IMG/VR virus record: IMGVR_UViG_3300028027_000057
Location: 11,089-75,088 of that record
Origin: a virus
DNA length: 64,000 nt
Strand: one strand, 5' to 3'
Below, piece after piece: positions 8,213-16,693 of this stretch (positions are counted from its first letter, which is position 1; the number at the start of each line of letters is the position of its first letter). The notes beneath the pieces are model-generated. The model saw nothing but the letters and a program-made list of their open reading frames with translations. It was not told the DNA's origin and made no database searches. Made by a program: the position numbers and the translations under genes.

Positions 8213-8318
8213 ACCCGGTGCTTTTCACCTAAGGCAGTATAGTTAACGCGACCGTGTAGCGAAGAGTGTGTACAGCTCAAGCCGGTGACCTGTGGGGGAG
8301 AGACCCCACTCCTTTTTT
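8213..8318 (+). ncRNA. GARAGA-loop structured element copy 3 with multibranch 5' domain
   Basis: CCGG/CCGG closing stem around three hairpins; TGAC-CT; GTGGGG-GAGAGA-CCCCAC (8292-8309); T6 tract. Confidence 0.55.
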
Positions 8319-8319
8319 C

Positions 8320-8348
8320 TTGACAACCCCGCCATATTTCTGTATACT
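8320..8348 (+). promoter_or_regulatory. sigma70-type promoter
   Basis: Intergenic TTGACA-17 nt-TATACT. Confidence 0.85.
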
Positions 8349-8365
8349 ACATTCAGGAGAATTAT

Positions 8366-8524
8366 ATGAATAAACTAATTGAATATCAAGGCGACATGTA
8401 CACCCCAGAAGAACTAGCAAAGAAGCTTGGAGTTTCAGACTTCGAGATCATCGCAAATGAAATGAAAGATTCTTGGTTCGGTCATGCCATGGCTAAACTA
8501 GAAGAGCTTGACGAGGAAGAGTAA
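8366..8524 (+). CDS. small hypothetical protein (52 aa, not in ORF track)
   Basis: AGGAG RBS after the promoter; MNKLIEYQGDMYTPEELAKKLGV... Confidence 0.65.
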   Translation: MNKLIEYQGDMYTPEELAKKLGVSDFEIIANEMKDSWFGHAMAKLEELDEEE

Positions 8525-8649
8525 TGAGTAACTACATATACCTATTAGAATTTCGTAGGTATATAGCAGAGTGTGTCTACTTTGAAAGACCGATTGAATT
8601 CGACATAGCAAAGCATCTATTGTATAGATATAGAGGAATAAATGTATAG
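8524..8649 (+). CDS. small hypothetical protein (41 aa, not in ORF track)
   Basis: TAATG coupling; overlaps the polymerase start. Confidence 0.4.
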   Translation: MSNYIYLLEFRRYIAECVYFERPIEFDIAKHLLYRYRGINV

Positions 8650-10936
8650 CTCAAAACTCATATATGGCAAGAATCCTTTAGAACGTATTGTATCAATCGA
8701 AGTGTCAGACGACACCGCTACTCTGTTCAGAGAGCTAGAGGATGGCTCACTTGACATTAAAAAAGTATCCAATAGATTCTGGATTCTAGCAACTCGTCCT
8801 TTTGGATCGGGCTGGAATAAACTAGAAGGCGAACAAGCTTATAAATTCGGTAAGCAGTATACTAAATTCACAGACTTCCTAAACGACAAGAAAGCACTAC
8901 CATACAAAGAAATCTATAGTATTGGAAATACAGTCGAAGCTCTACAAATCAAAGATGGCTACACATACTACAAAGGTCTACGTCATGACCAAGTATCTAT
9001 CCTATCTTTCGATATCGAGACAACAGGACTAGAACACAACGCTGAGTCTAAAGTCATTCTAATATCTAATACATTCCGCAAGCTTGGAAAAGTAACTCGC
9101 CGGCTATTTTCTTGTGACGATTATACCAACTGTGCTGAGATGATTGACGATTGGGCTGACTGGGTTAGAGACATGGACCCTAGTATTATGTGTGGACATA
9201 ACGTCTACGCTTACGATTTGCCCTATCTTAATTTTTGTCACACTCGTTATTCAGAAAAAGGAATAAAGCTAGGTAGACTAGACAAGGAAGTATTCTTCAA
9301 CAAATGGGAATCTAAATATAGAGTAGACGGAAGTCGCGAGCTTCATTATCATAAAGCACAAGTATACGGAAGAGAACTAGTAGATACTATGTTTCTAGCC
9401 TATAAGTATGACTCCGTAGAGAAGAAATATGAATCATACGGATTGAAGCCTATTATCGCAATCGAGAACTTAGAAAAGCCCGGGCGAGTATTTTACGATG
9501 CTTCACAAATCAGAGTCAATTATAAAGACCCAGAAGAGTTTGCTAAGATCAAGGCTTATGCTGAGGACGATGCAGACGATGCCCTAGCTCTATACGATCT
9601 AATGGTGCCAGCTCAATTCTACTTAACTCAGTCTATTCCTAAGCCATTCCAGCTTGTTATTGAATCAGCGACAGGTTCACAGATCAATTCGCTTCTAGTA
9701 AGAGCATATCTACAGGACAAACAATCCGTAGCTAAAGCTAATGACTTGTCGGAAGAAACTGTAGAAGGCGGGATCAGTTTTGCAGTGCCGGGGATTTACA
9801 AGAACGTATACAAGATCGATATCAAATCATGCTATCCATCTCAGATTCTACGATTTAAGCTATACGACGAAGCCAAGGACCCACAGGCATATTACTATAA
9901 GTTAGTGGAACATTTTACATTACAACGGTTTGAGTACAAAGAAAAACATAGGACAACCAATGACATTTTCTACAAGAACCTTGATGCTATGGCTAAAATC
10001 TTCATCAACTCAAGCTACGGCGTTGCAAACACTAGCGGTCTTAATTATAATTCTGCGAATGTTGCCAGAAAGATTACCTCAGAATCTCGTTCCATTATTG
10101 ATATGTCTTTGCGCTGGGCTTCTGGGCTTAATTACAATGATTGGGCTACGCGCTTTTATGAGGCGACTGGTGAAAAGGAAGAAGACCGCGTCTATCTCTC
10201 GCTCCCAGAAACAGAACTACCAACAATATATCAACACGACTTCATCATCGGACCGAGCGATACAGATTCTATCTCATTCTGCAAAAGAGACATGTCGCCC
10301 TTCTCACCACAAGAGCTAAAAACCCTGCTAGACGAGGTTAATGAGCAGTCCCCTGACAAAGTACTATGGGAAGACGACGGCTACTATAAAACGATTATAG
10401 CGCTCAAAGCTAAGAACTATGTTCTATACGATGGTAAGAAACTTAAGATCAAGGGTAGTGCGCTCAAAGGCTCAACTCGTCCTGAAGCGATTAAAGAATT
10501 CATCAAGAAGACGATCGACACTATGGTGTATACTGAAAACGTAGAAGATATTCACCCATCCCTACAATCTGTGTATTCTCAGTATGTTCAGGAAGCAATG
10601 AACGTAGAAAACATTAAGCGCTGGTCGGCAAGGAAAACTCTGTCTAGTACGATGTTAGAATCACAGCGGGCGAATGAGACGAAAGTAATCGACGCTATTA
10701 AAGGATCGGACTATAGAGAAGGTGATCGTTTCTTCGTCTATAAGAAGCCAGATGAAACTCTATGTCTAGCTGAGAACTTTGACGGAGTGTACGACAAGTC
10801 GCATTTGCTGAAGAATATCTGGAATACAATTGAGATATTTGACATGGTATTGCCAGTTAAAACTCTATTCACTAACTTCAGTCTCAAAAAGAATTATAAA
10901 TTGCTTGACAAACCAAATGAACCTAAAGTAGGATAG
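8642..10936 (+). CDS. family B DNA polymerase with 3'-5' exonuclease
   Basis: ExoI FDIET, ExoII GHN..YDLPY, ExoIII YAEDD; polymerase motifs DIKSCYPS, KIFINSSYG, SDTDS. Confidence 0.95.
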   Translation: MYSSKLIYGKNPLERIVSIEVSDDTATLFRELEDGSLDIKKVSNRFWILATRPFGSGWNKLEGEQAYKFGKQYTKFTDFLNDKKALPYKEIYSIGNTVEALQIKDGYTYYKGLRHDQVSILSFDIETTGLEHNAESKVILISNTFRKLGKVTRRLFSCDDYTNCAEMIDDWADWVRDMDPSIMCGHNVYAYDLPYLNFCHTRYSEKGIKLGRLDKEVFFNKWESKYRVDGSRELHYHKAQVYGRELVDTMFLAYKYDSVEKKYESYGLKPIIAIENLEKPGRVFYDASQIRVNYKDPEEFAKIKAYAEDDADDALALYDLMVPAQFYLTQSIPKPFQLVIESATGSQINSLLVRAYLQDKQSVAKANDLSEETVEGGISFAVPGIYKNVYKIDIKSCYPSQILRFKLYDEAKDPQAYYYKLVEHFTLQRFEYKEKHRTTNDIFYKNLDAMAKIFINSSYGVANTSGLNYNSANVARKITSESRSIIDMSLRWASGLNYNDWATRFYEATGEKEEDRVYLSLPETELPTIYQHDFIIGPSDTDSISFCKRDMSPFSPQELKTLLDEVNEQSPDKVLWEDDGYYKTIIALKAKNYVLYDGKKLKIKGSALKGSTRPEAIKEFIKKTIDTMVYTENVEDIHPSLQSVYSQYVQEAMNVENIKRWSARKTLSSTMLESQRANETKVIDAIKGSDYREGDRFFVYKKPDETLCLAENFDGVYDKSHLLKNIWNTIEIFDMVLPVKTLFTNFSLKKNYKLLDKPNEPKVG
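10905..10934 (+). promoter_or_regulatory. possible sigma70 promoter in the polymerase 3' end
   Basis: TTGACA-18 nt-TAGGAT. Confidence 0.5.
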
Positions 10937-10940
10937 CTAA

Positions 10941-11090
10941 ATGAAAAAGAAACTAGAATATACATTAGTAGGCTATGCATTAACATCTATTAACCTAGTA
11001 TTAATAGGAACCAAATATAATTCAATCGGACTATTATTTGGACTAGCTGCGATTGTCTTCTTTGTCAAAGCAATCAGGATAAAAGAATGA
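10941..11090 (+). CDS. small membrane protein (49 aa, not in ORF track)
   Basis: Two hydrophobic segments. Confidence 0.55.
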   Translation: MKKKLEYTLVGYALTSINLVLIGTKYNSIGLLFGLAAIVFFVKAIRIKE

Positions 11091-11197
11091 GTGAATATGA
11101 GAAATGGCGAATAGTATTATCTATCTTTCAAATTATAGTGACTCTCGGCTCTCCTTTTGTTTTGATATATGTGAATAATAAACTGAATAAGGAATAA
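11087..11197 (+). CDS. small membrane protein (36 aa, not in ORF track)
   Basis: ATGA coupling; IVLSIFQIIVTLGSPFVLIYV transmembrane segment. Confidence 0.55.
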   Translation: MSEYEKWRIVLSIFQIIVTLGSPFVLIYVNNKLNKE

Positions 11198-11199
11198 CA

Positions 11200-12180
11200 A
11201 TGGGTCACCTAGTTTTAAAAGCAAAAACTCATCTAGACAATTTAGAAGTTGGTGGCAAGATTGAAGAATCAGATTTCTCAACCCTTACTGAGAAAGGTAA
11301 TTTTTGTCAGTTTGAATATGTAGAGGACGAAGATGTTGCCCATGGTGAGATTGCTAAGCCGGGAATCTTTAGCCTAGCTAAAACTATGGCTGGACTTAAA
11401 CTAGAAAAGACTGAGTTCACAAAAGACGACGTACTTAAAGACTTCGTAAATACTAAAGAAGTAACAGACAAGATCGAGAAGTTCTTTGCTGCAATTCCTA
11501 AGTATGAGAAATACGGAATCTTTGCAAAACGCGGGGCGCTCCTGTTTGGACCTCCCGGCACTGGAAAGACTACAATCATTGCGGAGACTTGCCGTAAACA
11601 TCAGACAGATGGGGACACATTCGTGTTACTATGGCATACTGACAAGATTGAAGCTGGTGACGTTAAAGACTTCATTAAGCATCTTCAGTATGAGGGTGTC
11701 ACAAAGATGATTTTAGTGGCAGAGGATATCGGAGGAATTGAGATCGATCAAGCCCGAATTCGCTCCGAGTCAGCACTATTGAGTCTACTCGATAACCAAG
11801 AATCAACCTTTAAGTTCCCCACCTATATTCTAGCTACAACAAACTACCCTGAGAACTTCATGGGTAACTTGACTAATAGACCTAATCGATTTGACGATAA
11901 GATCAGAGTAGGCTATCCTAAAGGCACAGCTAGAGCACAGCTACTTAAATTCTACGATAAAGAGAATTTACTTGACGAAGAGGCACTAACTCTGATAGCA
12001 TCTAAAAAGTGCGATGAGTTTAGTCCTGCTCATTTAAGAGAAGTGATTATTCGCAGTGCGATCTATGATCAAAACCCGGCTGAAACTATTAAGGCTATGA
12101 TCAAAGAAATCGCAGATTATGCACAAGCCTTCCAAGAGAAGGGAAATCAAAGATACGGACTTGTAACCTTCGAGGATTAA
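11200..12180 (+). CDS. AAA+ ATPase
   Basis: RGALLFGPPGTGKT; Walker B VAEDI; ATTN; RPNRFD second region of homology. Confidence 0.92.
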   Translation: MGHLVLKAKTHLDNLEVGGKIEESDFSTLTEKGNFCQFEYVEDEDVAHGEIAKPGIFSLAKTMAGLKLEKTEFTKDDVLKDFVNTKEVTDKIEKFFAAIPKYEKYGIFAKRGALLFGPPGTGKTTIIAETCRKHQTDGDTFVLLWHTDKIEAGDVKDFIKHLQYEGVTKMILVAEDIGGIEIDQARIRSESALLSLLDNQESTFKFPTYILATTNYPENFMGNLTNRPNRFDDKIRVGYPKGTARAQLLKFYDKENLLDEEALTLIASKKCDEFSPAHLREVIIRSAIYDQNPAETIKAMIKEIADYAQAFQEKGNQRYGLVTFED

Positions 12181-12458
12181 TGTTTAACTGTCGTGTTTGC
12201 AACAATTCCAAGTTAGAGCTTTCTGAAATGAAAAAAGAACGTAGATTGGTAGAAAGCAAAAGAGGAATCTGTAAGGCCTGCGCGACTGAATACGAGAAGC
12301 TAAGACTGGCTAGATCAAAAGCTGATTATCAACCAGAAAAGCACCTAACTTGTAATGATTGTGATAGAGTTTTTAGTAATCGAAATACTGGACCTAATCG
12401 AATTTTATTAAGGGTTCATTGTCCATTTTGTAAAAGCGAAGAAATAGAGAGGTATTAA
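12180..12458 (+). CDS. zinc-finger protein
   Basis: Four CxxC pairs. Confidence 0.7.
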   Translation: MFNCRVCNNSKLELSEMKKERRLVESKRGICKACATEYEKLRLARSKADYQPEKHLTCNDCDRVFSNRNTGPNRILLRVHCPFCKSEEIERY

Positions 12459-12577
12459 TGGCTACTATATTAACAATTATCTGCATAAAAGCAGAAAAAC
12501 AATTCCTGATACCGCCCGCAGTTTTTGTAGGATTTGCCCTAGATTTTATTATTATATATCAATTACTAAAGAAGTAA
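12458..12577 (+). CDS. small hydrophobic protein (39 aa, not in ORF track)
   Basis: TAATG coupling; hydrophobic. Confidence 0.45.
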   Translation: MATILTIICIKAEKQFLIPPAVFVGFALDFIIIYQLLKK

Positions 12578-12579
12578 AT

Positions 12580-12834
12580 ATGAGTAAAGTCCTAGATTTT
12601 AAGATTCACAAGAAGATTAAATATCTAGAAAAAGATATCAAGAATAAACGCGAGATAGCCTTAGCTTTAAAAACATCAATTAAAAGCTTGACAACATACG
12701 ATAACTATAGTAGTATCAATCGTATTGTATATGACTTACATGTATTGTATTCAGATATTAAACGAGAGCAACATAAGAATCTCGAAACATTAGAAAGGTT
12801 AAAGCATGAAAAAGAATCCATGGTTGAAGACTGA
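12580..12834 (+). CDS. hypothetical protein
   Basis: Operon continuity. Confidence 0.6.
   Translation: MSKVLDFKIHKKIKYLEKDIKNKREIALALKTSIKSLTTYDNYSSINRIVYDLHVLYSDIKREQHKNLETLERLKHEKESMVED
12688..12716 (+). promoter_or_regulatory. sigma70-type promoter within coding sequence
   Basis: TTGACA-17 nt-TAGTAT. Confidence 0.55.
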
Positions 12835-13597
12835 GATATCGTTTGTGTTAAAACAACATAAGAAAGGCTTATCGCGTAAACAAATCGCTAAGTTATTTAA
12901 TGAGAGATATGACACTAATCGTAGCCAAGATTCAATTAAACATTGTATCGACACTCACGGATTAGATATTGAAAAAGATATAAAACGCGTTTTGATTATT
13001 GATATTGAGACAAGGAGTCTCGTAGTCAAAACATGGGGACTGTTTGACCAGAATATAGGACTTAATCAGGTCGTAGAAGATGGCGGAATACTGAGCTGGT
13101 CGGCTAAATGGATCGGGGAAGACACAGTTCTATACAAAGACGTTAAGGGTGATAAGTCAAAAGAGAAAGAGTTACTAGCTCCACTCTGGAAGTTAATGGA
13201 CGACGCTGATATTTTAATTGGTCAAAATTCTAACTCATTCGATATTAAAAAACTTAATGCTAAATTTCTAGAATATAACCTAGGTTGCCCTAGTGAGTAT
13301 AAGAAAATCGATACATTGAGAATGGCTAGAAAGCATTACGGGTTCCTCAGTAATAAACTAGAATATTTATCCAAGAAATTATGTACTATTAAAAAGCTAG
13401 CTCATAGTAAATTCCCGGGGTTCTCTTTATGGGATCAGTGTGAGAAAGGTAATAAAGAAGCTTGGAAAGAAATGAAGATATATAACATGGCAGACGTTTC
13501 AGCAACGGAAGAACTATTTTTAAAGCTATCAGAATTTGATAAAACAGTCCCAACAACTGACGCTTTGCGGGCATACAAAGCCGCTAAAAAGAAGTAA
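12806..13597 (+). CDS. RNase H-fold (DEDD) 3'-5' exonuclease with N-terminal HTH-like domain
   Basis: IDIET, GQNSNSFDIKKL, YNMADV. Confidence 0.85.
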   Translation: MKKNPWLKTEISFVLKQHKKGLSRKQIAKLFNERYDTNRSQDSIKHCIDTHGLDIEKDIKRVLIIDIETRSLVVKTWGLFDQNIGLNQVVEDGGILSWSAKWIGEDTVLYKDVKGDKSKEKELLAPLWKLMDDADILIGQNSNSFDIKKLNAKFLEYNLGCPSEYKKIDTLRMARKHYGFLSNKLEYLSKKLCTIKKLAHSKFPGFSLWDQCEKGNKEAWKEMKIYNMADVSATEELFLKLSEFDKTVPTTDALRAYKAAKKK

Positions 13598-13600
13598 CCT

Positions 13601-13939
13601 ATGTCTAGTATTGTAATCAATGTTAAAGGTCGGGACTGGACCTTTATACTAATGACCGATAAGCGATTTGATAAGGTACATAATAGTAGCGGTGAATCTG
13701 CCGCTGTTGCTATGACAATGACTACTACATACGAATGTCACTTCCGTAAGTCAGACTGGGACCTCGTTGCAATTAGACACGAATTACTGCATGTGTTATA
13801 TAACATGGGACTTAGTAGTTCAGCCGAGTTGACCCCAGAACAAGTTCAAGAAGTATGTGCAGAAATTGTTGCACATCACACGCCAGATATAGTATTATGG
13901 ACAGATAGGATTTGTGAAAGATTTTTAGGGAGGGAATAG
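13601..13939 (+). CDS. HEXXH zincin-like protein
   Basis: IRHELLHVL plus a downstream Glu (QEVCA). Confidence 0.65.
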   Translation: MSSIVINVKGRDWTFILMTDKRFDKVHNSSGESAAVAMTMTTTYECHFRKSDWDLVAIRHELLHVLYNMGLSSSAELTPEQVQEVCAEIVAHHTPDIVLWTDRICERFLGRE

Positions 13940-14617
13940 ATGTCAATTATATGTTTAGCTGGAAAAGCTGGAAGCGGCAAAGATACATTCGCTGATGTTT
14001 TAGTCAAAAACTACAACTATACTAGAATCGCATTAGCTGATCCATTACGTGAACTTTGTTCAAAAGTATTCCGTATAGATTACAATAGCTTCTTAGATCA
14101 AGATAAGAAAGATAATTCTATTCCGGGAGGAAGAGTTATTCTAGATTTCCATCATATTGATAAGATACGAGAATACATTCTTAAGGAATGGGATTATGAA
14201 TTAACCAATGATCAACGTGACAACATCGAGGAATGGCATGGAGAAGAATTTAGAACGCCGAGGGATATTCTCAGATGTGTTGGTACTAGGCTACTGCGTG
14301 AGCACGTTAGTGATACTATCTGGCTTGACTTGGCTATGTCTACGATACGAAAAACCGGAGGAAAGATTATTGTAACAGATTGTCGGTTTGAAAATGAACG
14401 AGAAATGTTTGCTAAATGTGGAGCACTCTTAGTATTAATTAAACGCAATGATGATGGTGACTCAACTCAACATGAGTTCAATCTAGGATCAGAAGACTCA
14501 TATGATGTTATATTTGATAACGCCGGCACGCTAAACGAGTTTCAGTCTAATGTCAATATGTGGTATAAGCTTAGGTCAAATGACCTAGAATTTTACAAGG
14601 TGTTTAAATATGAATAA
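13940..14617 (+). CDS. deoxynucleoside monophosphate kinase
   Basis: GKAGSGKDT, ADPLR, TPRDILRCVGT, TDCRFENE. Confidence 0.9.
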   Translation: MSIICLAGKAGSGKDTFADVLVKNYNYTRIALADPLRELCSKVFRIDYNSFLDQDKKDNSIPGGRVILDFHHIDKIREYILKEWDYELTNDQRDNIEEWHGEEFRTPRDILRCVGTRLLREHVSDTIWLDLAMSTIRKTGGKIIVTDCRFENEREMFAKCGALLVLIKRNDDGDSTQHEFNLGSEDSYDVIFDNAGTLNEFQSNVNMWYKLRSNDLEFYKVFKYE

Positions 14618-14753
14618 TTATAGTAATAATCTAAACGAACAGCTAGATAGGCTTATCGCACTAGGAACTGACTTGATAGTGAACGGAGAGTGCCCTTTCT
14701 GTGCCGTGCCTTGCAATGCCCCACATTGTCCATATACAAAGGAAGAGAAATGA
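14610..14753 (+). CDS. Cys-rich microprotein (47 aa, not in ORF track)
   Basis: ...ECPFCAVPCNAPHCPY; ATGA-coupled to the dUTPase start. Confidence 0.55.
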   Translation: MNNYSNNLNEQLDRLIALGTDLIVNGECPFCAVPCNAPHCPYTKEEK

Positions 14754-15172
14754 AAGTTAAAATAATGCCATTAGATTACGCACATATTCCTTCATACGCT
14801 AAAGAAGGGGATGCAGGATTAGACCTAACTGCAATATCAAAAGAAGAAAATGGTCTTTATGTAGAATATGGAACTGGTTTAGCTATTGAAATACCGGAGG
14901 GTTATGTCGGATTACTTTACCCTCGCAGCTCTATATCTAAGTATCATTTGGTGCTGGCAAACTCTGTAGGAGTTATTGATTCTAATTATCGTGGAGAAAT
15001 CAAGCTGAGATTCAAGAAAACCGTTGACAACCTATACGAAAATCTATATAATGTTGGAGACAGGGTAGGTCAATTGATAATTATGCCTTATCCTAGTATT
15101 GAGTTAGAAGTAGTTACCGAGCTAAGTGATACAACCCGCGGACAATCAGGTTTTGGTTCGTCCGGTAAATAG
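14750..15172 (+). CDS. dut: trimeric dUTPase (start revised to 14750)
   Basis: AGLDL, PRSS, GVIDSNYRGE, GDRVGQL, RGQSGFGSSG. Confidence 0.95.
   Translation: MKVKIMPLDYAHIPSYAKEGDAGLDLTAISKEENGLYVEYGTGLAIEIPEGYVGLLYPRSSISKYHLVLANSVGVIDSNYRGEIKLRFKKTVDNLYENLYNVGDRVGQLIIMPYPSIELEVVTELSDTTRGQSGFGSSGK
15024..15052 (+). promoter_or_regulatory. perfect sigma70 consensus inside the dUTPase gene
   Basis: TTGACA-17 nt-TATAAT. Confidence 0.7.
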
Positions 15173-15178
15173 GAGTAT

Positions 15179-15451
15179 ATGGCAAGACCTTCAGATCGAG
15201 AATACGAACTTAAGCGTCAAATCAAAGAACTAAAGGAACAAAACCATAGATTAGAAGACGAGATCAAGAAACTAAAGAAAGGGTTAGAAAAGCTAGAAGT
15301 TAAAGACCCAGACACTAAAAAGAAGCCCGGAAAGGTTATAGTTAAGCCTTGTCCAGACTGCGGAAAAGAAATAAGAGTAACAGATTTACCACATGCCAAG
15401 ATGGAATTATGTAGCGCAGGGTGTGGATTTAGACAAGTGAGGAACAAATGA
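15179..15451 (+). CDS. coiled-coil plus zinc-ribbon protein
   Basis: AGGAG RBS; heptad repeats; CPDC...CSAGC. Confidence 0.7.
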   Translation: MARPSDREYELKRQIKELKEQNHRLEDEIKKLKKGLEKLEVKDPDTKKKPGKVIVKPCPDCGKEIRVTDLPHAKMELCSAGCGFRQVRNK

Positions 15452-15648
15452 AAACTGGAATAATTGTATTTATATTAATAATGATGGTTGTATTTGCAAC
15501 CGCTACTGTAATATCAATAGCTGCATCATATGCACGATGGTGTCATTATTCCTTTGGAGAACCTACTGGACTAATAATTTTTATGGCTCCATTTATATTA
15601 GTTATTTCAGTAGTGTTTGGAATAGTTACGGAAAAAATGGATAAATAA
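15448..15648 (+). CDS. two-TM membrane protein
   Basis: Two hydrophobic helices; coupled on both sides. Confidence 0.65.
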   Translation: MKTGIIVFILIMMVVFATATVISIAASYARWCHYSFGEPTGLIIFMAPFILVISVVFGIVTEKMDK

Positions 15649-16106
15649 TGGCTGAGTTCGATGAAAATAAATCAAGTAGGGTAGTTGCCAAGAAAGCTAA
15701 GGGCAAACAAACGCTATCTACATTTATCAAAGGCTTACTACGACGTGGCTCATTCCACTGGAGAGCACGTACAGAGGCTATGACTGCTGCCAGAGTTGAG
15801 CGTGGGAAGTACAAGTGTGCTACCTGCGAAGACTTATTTGGACCAAAAGAAGTCGCACTAGACCATATCCAACCAGTGGTAGACCCTAAGGCTGGATTTA
15901 CAACGTGGGATGATTATATCGCTCGGTTGTTTTGTGCAGCAGAAGGGTTCCAAGTGATCTGCAATTCATGTCATGACGCAAAGACCCTGATAGAAGATCA
16001 GATGCGAGAACATTACAAAGCAGAGAAAGAGAACGCACCGGACTTTACATCAGACAAGAAATATACAAAGAAGAAAAAGCTTGACAAACAAGCAAAGGTA
16101 GAGTAA
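15648..16106 (+). CDS. HNH-family nuclease
   Basis: YKCATC, LDHIQPV, QVICNSCHDAKT. Confidence 0.8.
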   Translation: MAEFDENKSSRVVAKKAKGKQTLSTFIKGLLRRGSFHWRARTEAMTAARVERGKYKCATCEDLFGPKEVALDHIQPVVDPKAGFTTWDDYIARLFCAAEGFQVICNSCHDAKTLIEDQMREHYKAEKENAPDFTSDKKYTKKKKLDKQAKVE

Positions 16107-16107
16107 C

Positions 16108-16368
16108 ATGGAAATACTAGCAGCGGTTATCGGAGCAATTGGCGGACTATTTTTATTCAGTCAAGTTGCAAAATATAACACAAACAAGAAACAAGCAGAG
16201 TTAGAAAGTGCCGTGAAGGAAATTAAAGCCAGAGCGGACGATTTAACTAAAGCTAACGCTGTTAAAGACAAAGAAACACAGGATAAGATTAATGCTATCA
16301 CTGATGAACAAACTAAAGCTATTGACGTTAACGACCTTGTTAATTGGTTTAACGACCGCAAACACTAA
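16108..16368 (+). CDS. N-terminal TM plus coiled coil protein (i-spanin-like)
   Basis: TM residues 3-18 followed by a coiled coil. Confidence 0.55.
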   Translation: MEILAAVIGAIGGLFLFSQVAKYNTNKKQAELESAVKEIKARADDLTKANAVKDKETQDKINAITDEQTKAIDVNDLVNWFNDRKH

Positions 16369-16693
16369 GGCAGAAGATGCTATTTATCTCCAAAAAGACA
16401 AGCCGGCTCCTTTTACTGGAATACTTTTCCCTGAGCAACAAGCTAGACAACTTCGCAACGATCTCCTTGAGGCAAGCAAGGTCTCTTTACAACTCGAGAA
16501 TGAGAGATTCAAGATCACAAATCTACACTCTATTATTCAACTCAAAGATCAAGAAATTGAACTATATGCGAAACAAAATCAACGACTAGTCAAACAAGAA
16601 CAAACGTCACAAACAATGCAGTATGTCTGGTTCGGACTAGGAATTCTAGCGACTGGCGCTGCGGTATATGGCGCGGGGGCTTTGTCTAGATAA
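16304..16693 (+). CDS. signal peptide, coiled coil and C-terminal TM protein (spanin-partner candidate; start probably 16304)
   Basis: MNKLKLLTLTTLLIGLTTANTKA signal peptide; APFTGIL motif; C-terminal hydrophobic helix; overlaps the previous gene out of frame. Confidence 0.55.
   Translation: MNKLKLLTLTTLLIGLTTANTKAEDAIYLQKDKPAPFTGILFPEQQARQLRNDLLEASKVSLQLENERFKITNLHSIIQLKDQEIELYAKQNQRLVKQEQTSQTMQYVWFGLGILATGAAVYGAGALSR

Noticed and set aside
8205-8320. Possible tRNA or tmRNA fragment
   Set aside because: No TTCRA T-loop, D-loop GG, 7-bp acceptor stem or CCA; kept only as an unknown structured RNA
14690-14749. N-terminal extension of dUTPase
   Set aside because: Better explained by the overlapping 14610-14753 ORF and an RBS-supported ATG at 14750
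4095-15172. Hypermodified-base DNA pathway suggested by MazG-like, dNMP kinase and dUTPase genes
   Set aside because: No base-modifying enzymes (thymidylate synthase homolog, PurZ, queuosine pathway, glycosyltransferase, methylase) recognised in the window; CCWGG avoidance also suggests unprotected DNA
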